Below are positions 23,564-31,449 of a stretch of 64,000 bases of DNA, piece by piece (the first letter of the stretch is position 1; each line of letters starts with the position of its first letter). This DNA is from Bdellovibrionales bacterium (GTDB lineage: Bacteria > Bdellovibrionota > Bdellovibrionia > Bdellovibrionales > UBA1609), in the NCBI GenBank assembly GCA_050246815.1, contig JBFWVI010000003.1, positions 43,267 to 107,266 on the forward strand. The letters run 5' to 3'. Position numbers and translations under genes: made by a program. The notes below the pieces were generated by a model. That model was not told where the DNA came from, ran no database searches, and worked only from the letters and a program-made list of their open reading frames with translations.

Positions 23564-23792
23564 ATGCTAAAAGGGCCCCATGTGTACGTCGAGCTTTTGA
23601 GATGTATTCGCGATGAATGCGACAGACCAAAATTCAGTCAAACCTGCACTTTTTCTAAGCGGCGAAAAGCGTCCGTGCTGAAGCGAACACTGAAATTTTT
23701 ATACCAATAAAACTACGGGGTGGCGATCATTTGTAGGGTATCGATGGCACGCTCTTGGAAGAGCGTGACTATCCATCTTGAAAGGAGAGGCT

Positions 23793-24422
23793 ATGCCACG
23801 TTCCCTACTTTTATTCGCACTGATCGCGTCGGCCCATGCAAGCTTGGCGGCGCCCTATTATGAGCAGGAAAACTGCAATGACCCGAACAAAACATGTCTT
23901 TGGGGTACACCTAGCAAGCGCGTCGCCAAAGTCTTTCAATTGAGCGAAGCTAAAAGCAAAATTGGCAATCGATGCGAATTGTTTGGTATTGCCGTGCAAA
24001 ATGAAATTGTGCGGGCCAGCCGCCAAATGGGTTTAAAACCAGGCGCCCTGCAGATTCAAAAATTTACTTACAGAGATCTAATTGATCAACCATCGAATGA
24101 AAGCCACAGCATCGATTGCCGCCTTGAAATCCACGCCGAAGATGCCAACCTGGTCCTGATTAAAAAAAACACGGGCTGGCACACGTGGATTAACCCCTTC
24201 GATCCAAAAGAATGCGTGGCTGACCGCAATAAGCTGTTTTACGAAAATCCTTTAGCGGTCGGCACCCATTATTTATGGGGGTCCTCACTTCTGCAAGGCT
24301 CAATGTGCACCATTGGCTATTACCAGGTGATGACCCGCGATGCCTATGAGGCGGAGCGCGCAGAAGCGCGTCGGCAGCAGGCCGAAGAACAGCAAAAACG
24401 TGCGCTTGAAAGTGGCGGCTAG
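23793..24422 (+). CDS. Secreted hypothetical protein (6 Cys)
   Basis: AGGAGAGG RBS; signal peptide; stop overlaps the convergent hydrolase stop. Confidence 0.85.
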   Translation: MPRSLLLFALIASAHASLAAPYYEQENCNDPNKTCLWGTPSKRVAKVFQLSEAKSKIGNRCELFGIAVQNEIVRASRQMGLKPGALQIQKFTYRDLIDQPSNESHSIDCRLEIHAEDANLVLIKKNTGWHTWINPFDPKECVADRNKLFYENPLAVGTHYLWGSSLLQGSMCTIGYYQVMTRDAYEAERAEARRQQAEEQQKRALESGG

Positions 24423-25297
24423 CGGTAGCCCAGTCCGCTTAAAAATTGCTCGATTTTCAGGTTCACCAGGTCGGGCATATCGAGCTGAGTGCAGTGAGAC
24501 CCATAGGGCACCATAAGATACTGGCTGCCGCGAATTTTTTGGTGCATCTCTTCTTGATAGTGTTGCGGGGTAACTGAGTCGTTTCGCCCCGCAATGATCA
24601 ACGCCGGAACCGCGATGCGCTCTAAAACTGCGCGACCGTCGTAGCCCATCATGTTTTCAAACAAAGTTAAGAAGGCATCCAAATCCATGCTGGCAATTCC
24701 GCGGGCATAGATCTCAACATCTTTCAAATGAGTCAGCTTTAAATTAAAGCCGCCGGCCAAAGCGCTCAGCTGAATGGCCAAGGGATTGTTGACCGCCACC
24801 CGCCACAAAAAACTTAAGGTCTCTGGCAGTTTCTCGTAGCCGTCTTTCACCAGGGTAAAAAACGAAGTCGCCAAATCGCTGCCGAACATTCCCTGTAAAG
24901 GATTCGTGGCAAAACCGTTGATGAACACCAGGCTGTTGATTCGGTCTGGAAACATGTCGTAAGTGCGCACGGCCACTTGGGCGCCGAAGCTATGCCCCCA
25001 TAGACTGGTGCTTTTGATTTGCAGATGGTCCAAAAGGCCGCGCAGATCTTGTGCTAAGGCATCGATATTCAACTGTTCGCGGCTGACGGGCATATCGGAT
25101 TTATGGTGCGCACGATAATCAAACACGATGGTTTGGTACGAGCGCGAGAAATAGCTAATCTGGTGATTCCAATGGTTGATCAGACAGCCGATTCCATAGG
25201 CCATGACCACGGGCGGGCCCTCACCGCGCACCTCGTAGTAAATCTTGGTGCCGTCGTAACTACGAAAAGTCCCGGTGGATTTTGGCGTCAAATTCAT
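24419..25297 (-). CDS. Alpha/beta hydrolase
   Basis: DGTKIYYE, DYRAH, nucleophile elbow GHSFG, GRNDSV, GSH. Confidence 0.93.
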   Translation of the reverse strand: MNLTPKSTGTFRSYDGTKIYYEVRGEGPPVVMAYGIGCLINHWNHQISYFSRSYQTIVFDYRAHHKSDMPVSREQLNIDALAQDLRGLLDHLQIKSTSLWGHSFGAQVAVRTYDMFPDRINSLVFINGFATNPLQGMFGSDLATSFFTLVKDGYEKLPETLSFLWRVAVNNPLAIQLSALAGGFNLKLTHLKDVEIYARGIASMDLDAFLTLFENMMGYDGRAVLERIAVPALIIAGRNDSVTPQHYQEEMHQKIRGSQYLMVPYGSHCTQLDMPDLVNLKIEQFLSGLGYR

Positions 25298-26100
25298 AAT
25301 ACCAGCTCGACTTCGATTCGGGTCGCGCCCACGGCGATAGTGTCACCGGCCTCAAGCGGCTTCACTCGCGTAGGCTGCCCGTTCACAGTGACCTCTTTAG
25401 GATGGTTCGTGCGAAACGTCACGCCTTCGGGGGACGGAATTATTTCAAAACACACTTCCGGCGCGCCAGGTTCGAAGATGGGCAGGTCCACCGATTGTGC
25501 GCCCGCCCGGCGCGGCCCATAACCCAAGGTCCACACTGTCTCTGCCTGCAGTCCGCCGATGAAGTTCAAACGAACGGCCGGGTGAAGCGGGGCCACCGCT
25601 TTGGGCTGGTCTTTTAATTCGTGCAAAACCTCTTCTATAAAACTGGCAAGTAGGTGGTTCCAGCGGTCCTCTTGTCGTACGACAGGATCGACCACCGGAT
25701 TGGCGGTTAAGGTCCATTCTGGCGCACCCAAAACAGCATCGCCGGGCTGGGGTTCAGCCGCTTTGATTTTGGCTTTCGGCTGAGGTGGCGGAGTGGGGAC
25801 AGACTTGGCTTTGACGGCTTCTTTGACGACTGTGAAATCTGTATTGCCAATTTGAAAGGAAATCCCGTCTTTCAGGGTGATCTGCATGACTCGTTCGCCA
25901 TGCAGTCGCAGACCGTTCTTTGAGCCGTTGTCCATCAGCACCAGGCGCCCCTCGGTTTCGACCACAAATGCGTGTAATGAGGAGGCTTTTGCATCATCCA
26001 GGCGCACGTCCCCTTTGCTGCGGCCGATGCCGAAGCCCGGGGCCAGAGTGAATTCTTGGCCTTTTAAGGGACCATTGAGAACCTTTAGTTTGAGCGCCAT
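25294..26100 (-). CDS. FHA-domain protein (N-terminal FHA, Pro-rich linker, degenerate C-terminal FHA)
   Basis: IGR...SSLHA...DNGSKNG FHA signature; the second domain ends VTVNG...LEAGDTIAVG. Confidence 0.88.
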   Translation of the reverse strand: MALKLKVLNGPLKGQEFTLAPGFGIGRSKGDVRLDDAKASSLHAFVVETEGRLVLMDNGSKNGLRLHGERVMQITLKDGISFQIGNTDFTVVKEAVKAKSVPTPPPQPKAKIKAAEPQPGDAVLGAPEWTLTANPVVDPVVRQEDRWNHLLASFIEEVLHELKDQPKAVAPLHPAVRLNFIGGLQAETVWTLGYGPRRAGAQSVDLPIFEPGAPEVCFEIIPSPEGVTFRTNHPKEVTVNGQPTRVKPLEAGDTIAVGATRIEVELVL

Positions 26101-26220
26101 GTTTTGAATATAACTGAGAAATAAGCCATCAACCAGGATTCTGGTTGTCCCTGGCCCAAGCGCCATGCTAGACCGACCAATCTCAATGTTGAAAAGTCCG
26201 CAGGTGCGGCCTTTTTATTA

Positions 26221-26272
26221 ATCCTTGCTCTTGGCGTCATAGGGTTGCCGGGGGCTTGAACCGAAAGGATGG
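26221..26272 (+). ncRNA. S6:S18-binding ribosomal protein leader (cis-regulatory RNA)
   Basis: ATCCTT(26221) pairs with AAGGAT(26265), sequestering the SD; inner hairpin GCTCTTGGC/GCCGGGGGC; unpaired CCG immediately 5' of the SD strand. Confidence 0.75.
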
Positions 26273-26276
26273 TCCT

Positions 26277-26828
26277 GTGAGCACAGAGACTATGGCTCAA
26301 ATCCGTAAGTACGAAGGCGTTGTGATTATGCATCCCGATGCCAGCGAAGATGAACAAAAAGCGTTGTTTCGCAAAAACGCTGAAATCATCAAGTCGTTCA
26401 AGGGTGAAATGAATCACTTGGACACTTGGGGTCGCCGTCGTCTGGCGAATCCGATCAACAAACTGAACCGTGGCACTTATTTTCACGCCACATTCACGGG
26501 CAAAGGCGAAGTGATCGCCGAGCTTGAGCGCACTATGCGCATCAACGACCGCGTGCTGCGTTTTTCGCACACCCGTTTGGATGATCGTGTCAGCTTGCCG
26601 AAATTCGTTGAAGAATTTAAGGCTGCATTGACCGAAACCATGAAACGCGAAAGCGAGCGCGAAGCCAAAGCGCAAGCGCGGCGCCAGCAGGCCATGCAGA
26701 ACCGTGATGGCGGAGGCTTCCGCGAAGGCGGACGCGAGGATCGCGAGGGCGGCGGTGGCCGTGAGCGCGGCGGCGGGCGTCGTGGTCGAGACTTCGACGG
26801 CGGCGGCGACGAAGGCGACATGGAATAA
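26277..26828 (+). CDS. rpsF: 30S ribosomal protein S6 with long RG/acidic C-terminal tail
   Basis: RKYE...WGRRRLA-PI-K...ELER-MRI-D-VLR; GTG start fits the SD in the leader (alternative ATG at 26292). Confidence 0.97.
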   Translation: MSTETMAQIRKYEGVVIMHPDASEDEQKALFRKNAEIIKSFKGEMNHLDTWGRRRLANPINKLNRGTYFHATFTGKGEVIAELERTMRINDRVLRFSHTRLDDRVSLPKFVEEFKAALTETMKRESEREAKAQARRQQAMQNRDGGGFREGGREDREGGGGRERGGGRRGRDFDGGGDEGDME

Positions 26829-26852
26829 CGGCGAACAGCACGCGGTAAATGA

Positions 26853-27752
26853 ATGATGCTTTCTCCTAAACGAAGATTATTTTCGGTCATGATGCTGGCC
26901 TCTTGGTCGGTGTTGTTGACCGCTTTAACAGGTGTGGTGGGCAGTGTTCCACTGCGCGGTCTTCGTTTGGCGGCGGGAAGCACGCTTTACTGGGTTCTGG
27001 GCCTTAGTTCGGCAGCGCTGCTGGGTTTGGGTGGATGGTGGATGCTTGGGCTACTGATGGTGGCTATGGTTACCGTGATTGGCTTGTTTTCGGAGTTTGA
27101 AGAGCGGGGTCACACCCTTGTGGGCTCGAGCTTTGGCGCCGTGATCATCACCAGCCTGATGTTGGCCGGAGCCTTTGCGTTTTGGGTGTCGCAACAGGGC
27201 GCCTCTTGGTCGTCCACGTTTATTAGCAAAACCGAGGCTTACTTAGCCGCGGTGCCGGGTTGGACAGAAACCGTGAAGGTTGAAGCCAAAGACCTGCTGG
27301 CGCAAATGCCGTCGGCGGTGGTTGTGGTTTTGATCTTAGGCCTGTTCTTATCCTTGTTGTTTCAGCGTCGAGTGATGTTGATGGTGGGAGTTCGTCCCAA
27401 CCCATCTCATCGTCTGACCCGCTTCACTGTTCCAGACGCCTTTATTTGGGTGTTGGTGGCGGGACTTGCCGGGACGTTTTTGGCCAGCAAAATGACGCTG
27501 GTCACGGCAGTGGGCCTGAATTTGCTAAATGTGGCCGTGGTGGTTTTTTACCTGCAGGGATTAGCGGTTGTGGCCAGCTACTTTGAAACATTTCGAGTGG
27601 GTTGGTTTTGGCAGATGCTGATCATGGTGCTGTTGGTGACCCAGCTGTTTATTTTAGTCAGTGTGATTGGCCTGTTGGATTATTGGGTGAATATCCGCGC
27701 TCGCCTAGCCAAGCGAGCAAAAGAACTTGAACAAGAAATTTTTAAAAAGTGA
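26853..27752 (+). CDS. DUF2232/YybS-family membrane protein
   Basis: Multi-TM; LQGLAVV and GLLDYW-N-R motifs; usual position before rplI. Confidence 0.88.
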   Translation: MMLSPKRRLFSVMMLASWSVLLTALTGVVGSVPLRGLRLAAGSTLYWVLGLSSAALLGLGGWWMLGLLMVAMVTVIGLFSEFEERGHTLVGSSFGAVIITSLMLAGAFAFWVSQQGASWSSTFISKTEAYLAAVPGWTETVKVEAKDLLAQMPSAVVVVLILGLFLSLLFQRRVMLMVGVRPNPSHRLTRFTVPDAFIWVLVAGLAGTFLASKMTLVTAVGLNLLNVAVVVFYLQGLAVVASYFETFRVGWFWQMLIMVLLVTQLFILVSVIGLLDYWVNIRARLAKRAKELEQEIFKK

Positions 27753-27759
27753 GGCCGTT

Positions 27760-28203
27760 ATGAAAGTAATTCTGCAAAAAGACGTGAAGAACGTTGGTAA
27801 AGTCGGTGATTTGGTGAACGTGAAAGACGGGTTTGCCCGCAACTTCCTGTTCCCGCGCAAGCTGGCTTCTGAAGCCAATGAAAATAGCATCAAAGAATGG
27901 ACGCACTTGCAAAAGGTGGCGGAAGTTCGTCGCAAAAAAGCCGTTGCCGAGCGCCAAGAGACGGTTCAAAAGCTGCAAGGCGTGACCCTGACTTTTAAGT
28001 CAGAGGCCGGCGCAGGCGATAAACTTTTCGGTTCGATCACCAGTCTGGATATTTCGAACCAACTGGAAAAGTTTGGCCACTCGGTCGACAAGCGCGACAT
28101 CCACATCGAAGAGGCGATCAAGGTTTTGGGTCAACACAAAGCTCAAGTGAAACTGGGCGACGGCGTCGTAGCCGAACTGACCATCGTCGTCGAACGAGTG
28201 TAG
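27760..28203 (+). CDS. rplI: 50S ribosomal protein L9
   Basis: MKVIL, GFARNFLFP, KLFGSIT, IKVLG. Confidence 0.98.
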   Translation: MKVILQKDVKNVGKVGDLVNVKDGFARNFLFPRKLASEANENSIKEWTHLQKVAEVRRKKAVAERQETVQKLQGVTLTFKSEAGAGDKLFGSITSLDISNQLEKFGHSVDKRDIHIEEAIKVLGQHKAQVKLGDGVVAELTIVVERV

Positions 28204-28254
28204 GCCCTTCTTTTTCTGTCTGCACCGCGTAAACAGAGGCTATGTTCAATCCTG

Positions 28255-28291
28255 AAATCAAAATGCCGCCTTACAGGCGGCATTTTGATTT
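28255..28291. terminator. Bidirectional intrinsic terminator
   Basis: Perfect 17-bp stem aaatcaaaatgccgcct/aggcggcattttgattt between convergent units. Confidence 0.9.
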
Positions 28292-28444
28292 TGTAGTCAC
28301 CATGACCACGGCCAAGGTCACTTTCTTATAGTGGTTCCGCGGGAGTTTTTTTATGCACGAACAGGTTATCTGTTCCGAATTCAACGGCAAGCAGGACTCT
28401 TTTAACTACACCGAATTGTTGTTTCAGATCATAACGACGGACAA

Positions 28445-28651
28445 TTAAAGATCGGCTGTCTTAAGTTCTTGTTTGGCCTGAAGCAGAGTTTCTTGCAAGA
28501 ATTCGGCAAGAACTTCGCGCAAGTGCTCCATGGTAAATTGAGTGGGGCTTAGTCCCCGCTTTTGTAAAAGGTTGCGCAGTTCGTCTTCAACCCAAGCTTT
28601 GGGTAGGCCTGTGGCAGCAGCCAATTGAGAAATGAGTGCATCGCCTTCCAT
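28445..28651 (-). CDS. Small helical hypothetical protein (68 aa)
   Basis: AAGGGG RBS; amphipathic helical pattern; downstream of dnaB. Confidence 0.7.
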   Translation of the reverse strand: MEGDALISQLAAATGLPKAWVEDELRNLLQKRGLSPTQFTMEHLREVLAEFLQETLLQAKQELKTADL

Positions 28652-28853
28652 GGAGACCCCTTGCCGTCCTGCCAATCCGTGGCGAAGGACTTAAATGACT
28701 GACAACTCAATTGAAGCAATCGGTGAGTCCAGGGGCCAGTCTGGCCCAAAGAGGTAGCAATATTCTGGACGAAAGCTTGGGTTAAAACTCGACCAAAGCC
28801 GTGAAAAGAGGCGAACTTTAGTGCAAAGTTATAGGGTGAGAAAGAAGCAGCGA

Positions 28854-30305
28854 CTACCCAGGAGCGAAGTTGGTGGGTTTACGGGGGCCGCCTCCTTGCG
28901 GCGGGCCACCGGAACCAGAGGATGACGAGCGCGAAATGTTGGGTGGGGGCGCCTCGGGCATGGGGGCGTTAGGGCCCTGGATCAGGTTATCGAACAGGCC
29001 GAACTCTGGCATCCAGCGTAGTTTGACAGTGTCGGTCGGCCCGTTACGCTGTTTGCCGATGATCACTTCAGCGTGACCTTTAATCTCGGGATTGTCGCGA
29101 TCATAATAGTCTTCGCGATAAAGCATCATGATCACGTCGGCATCTTGTTCGATGGATCCTGATTCGCGTAAATCCGAAAGCATCGGACGGCGGTCCGAGC
29201 GTCCCTCCACGCCCCGATTTAGCTGGGCGAGTGCGATCACAGGAACTTTTAATTCTTTAGCGATGGACTTCAGAAGCTTCGATATTTCCGAGACCTCTTG
29301 CTGACGGTTTTCGATTTTTTGCTTCATGTTCATGAGTTGCAAATAATCGACGATGATCATGTCTAGGCCATGGGTCGCTTTAAGGCGGCGGGCTTTGGCA
29401 CGGATCTCGAAAGGGCTGATGCCCGAGGTGTCATCGATAAAGAGGCTGGTCTCGCTCATGGCGGCTGCCGTGTTGATCAGGCGAGGCCAGGCCTTATCGT
29501 CGATTTGACCAATGCGCAAATCGCCCAGGCGCACTTTGGCGGCGCTGGCCAATAGACGAATCATCACCTGCTCTTTGGCCATCTCGACCGAGAAGTAGGC
29601 GATTTTCTTTTTCTCTTTCATGGCGGCATGCATGGTCACGTTCAAGCTAAACGCGGTTTTACCCATGGACGGACGGGCCGCGATAATAATGAATTCGCCG
29701 GGCTGAAAGCCGGCAGTCAGATCGTCCAATTCAAGAAAGCCGCTCGGCACACCCGTGACCTTAAGTTTTTGAGCATAAAGCTCTTCGATTTTTTCGAGGC
29801 TGGTTTTAACCAACTCGCTGGCGTCGACAAGCCCCTGTGAGCCGCGCGCCTGGCTGACTTGGAAGATTTGCTGCTCAACGGAATCCAAAAAGCCCGTGAT
29901 TTCCTCAAAGTCGGGATTAAAAGCCCGCTCAATGAAGCCCTGGCTGACGCTGACCACCTGACGCAAAACGGACTTGTCGCGTACGATACGTGCGTAAGAC
30001 TGAATATTGAAGGCCGAGGGTGTTTGATCCATGATTTCCGCCAAGTAAGACGGGCCACCCATTGACTCCAATTCGCCATGTTCAGATAAATAATTCGAGA
30101 CAGTCATCAGATCGGCGGCCTGCTGGCGCTTATTCAAGGCCTGAATGCTTAAAAATATTTTACGATGTGCGGGCTTATAAAAATCTTCGGCACTGATGAT
30201 TTCGGCCACATCATCCCAGCGATCCGGCGCGATCATGAGCCCGCCCAAAACGGCTTGTTCGGCTTCTAGATGTTGGGGTGGCACACGCTGATCAAGCGAA
30301 CTCAC
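28854..30305 (-). CDS. dnaB: Replicative DNA helicase
   Basis: PPQHLEAEQAVLG, AARPSMGKT, VDYLQL, DLRESGSIEQDAD, KQRNGP; GTG start after GGAGG. Confidence 0.98.
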   Translation of the reverse strand: MSSLDQRVPPQHLEAEQAVLGGLMIAPDRWDDVAEIISAEDFYKPAHRKIFLSIQALNKRQQAADLMTVSNYLSEHGELESMGGPSYLAEIMDQTPSAFNIQSYARIVRDKSVLRQVVSVSQGFIERAFNPDFEEITGFLDSVEQQIFQVSQARGSQGLVDASELVKTSLEKIEELYAQKLKVTGVPSGFLELDDLTAGFQPGEFIIIAARPSMGKTAFSLNVTMHAAMKEKKKIAYFSVEMAKEQVMIRLLASAAKVRLGDLRIGQIDDKAWPRLINTAAAMSETSLFIDDTSGISPFEIRAKARRLKATHGLDMIIVDYLQLMNMKQKIENRQQEVSEISKLLKSIAKELKVPVIALAQLNRGVEGRSDRRPMLSDLRESGSIEQDADVIMMLYREDYYDRDNPEIKGHAEVIIGKQRNGPTDTVKLRWMPEFGLFDNLIQGPNAPMPEAPPPNISRSSSSGSGGPPQGGGPRKPTNFAPG

Positions 30306-30386
30306 GAAGGGTATCCTCCAAAAGACAAATGTGCGGGCCGTAATCAAAGATGAGCGAGCTTAAGCTGACCCGCCGATGCTGAAAAA

Positions 30387-30692
30387 CTAAACGGGTTGAG
30401 ATTTATTTCTAACCCGAATTTTATAGGTATCAATCTTTTTCTTTAGCGTGTTGCGATTGATTCCAAGCATTCGCGCGGTGCGGACCTGATTGCCGTTATA
30501 GGCGCGCAAAGCCAATTCGATCAAGGGGCGCTCCACTTGCTCCAAGACAATCTGATGCAAATTTTCAAGGTCCACCTGGGCCTCTTCGCGCTGCAAAAAT
30601 AAAACTTCAAGCTTGCTTTTCACCAAACGCTCAAGGCTTACGGTTTGCAGATTCGCCACTAGCAAATTGTCGGATTGGTTTGCATTCGACAT
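30387..30692 (-). CDS. fis: Fis-family nucleoid-associated/HTH protein
   Basis: VERPLI...GNQ..TA.MLGINRNTLKKKI; about 100 aa, stand-alone. Confidence 0.88.
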   Translation of the reverse strand: MSNANQSDNLLVANLQTVSLERLVKSKLEVLFLQREEAQVDLENLHQIVLEQVERPLIELALRAYNGNQVRTARMLGINRNTLKKKIDTYKIRVRNKSQPV

Positions 30693-30734
30693 ATCCTTTA
30701 GACCCCCCACGCGCTTCAGGATACGGGCGTTTTT

Positions 30735-31373
30735 CTAAACGCCTCGCTGACGTTCTGACCAAATATACTTATGCAGCTGCAATTGCAACCGGGCCGGTGA
30801 TTTCTGCAGAAGAATTTTTTCTGCAAGCCATTGGGGAGCAATTTGATTGAATGATGGGCTGTATAAAACGTTGAAATTTTCAAAGAGACGGTTTTCACGC
30901 GAAAATTCTTCTGCCCAAAGAAAATCCTTCTCGGAGCAAATCACAAATTTGAATTCAATGTTTTTGTCTTCAAGTTGCAAATTTTCTTTCGAGAACTTTC
31001 CGAATTCGCCGCTATCGGGTGTTTTTATATCGATAATTTTGCGCACGCGCGGATCAACTGATTTGCACGACAGATCACCACTTGTTTCCAAAGAGACTGT
31101 GTAATTCAGGTCACACAGTTGGCGCATCAAATCCCCGACTTCAGGCTGGAGCAAGGGCTCACCACCGGTCAGGCAAATGTGTTTTGCCTGATACTTTTGA
31201 ATCTCTGCCAAGATGGCCGCATGATCCATTTTACGACCTTCGTAATAGGCATAGGTTGTGTCACAATAAGTACAGCGCAGATGGCAGCCCGAAGTGCGCA
31301 CAAACACCGTGGGAAAACCCACTAAAGAAGACTCGCCTTGAATACTGTAGAAAATCTCGTTAATTTTCAGCAC
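30735..31373 (-). CDS. queE: 7-carboxy-7-deazaguanine synthase (radical SAM)
   Basis: EIFYSIQGE, CHLRCTYCDT (CX3CX2C), TGGEPL, LETSG, QLHK. Confidence 0.9.
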   Translation of the reverse strand: MLKINEIFYSIQGESSLVGFPTVFVRTSGCHLRCTYCDTTYAYYEGRKMDHAAILAEIQKYQAKHICLTGGEPLLQPEVGDLMRQLCDLNYTVSLETSGDLSCKSVDPRVRKIIDIKTPDSGEFGKFSKENLQLEDKNIEFKFVICSEKDFLWAEEFSRENRLFENFNVLYSPSFNQIAPQWLAEKILLQKSPARLQLQLHKYIWSERQRGV

Positions 31374-31449
31374 GGCGCAACATAGATACCTCAGGAGCGG
31401 CTCAAAATCCAGACTTTCAATCGCCTTTTTGCTTCCGTAAACTGTCGGA

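Noticed and set aside
23745..23760. sigma54-like TGGCAC...TTGGAA (similar sequence near 21007)
   Set aside because: No GC at the required GG-N10 spacing
26157..26168. 12-mer CAAGCGCCATGC shared with the sigma54 site at 61330
   Set aside because: This copy lacks both the GG and the GC; probably coincidence
28353..28448. 31-codon ORF with a GGGAG RBS after the rplI terminator
   Set aside because: Too short, no recognisable motif, no other support
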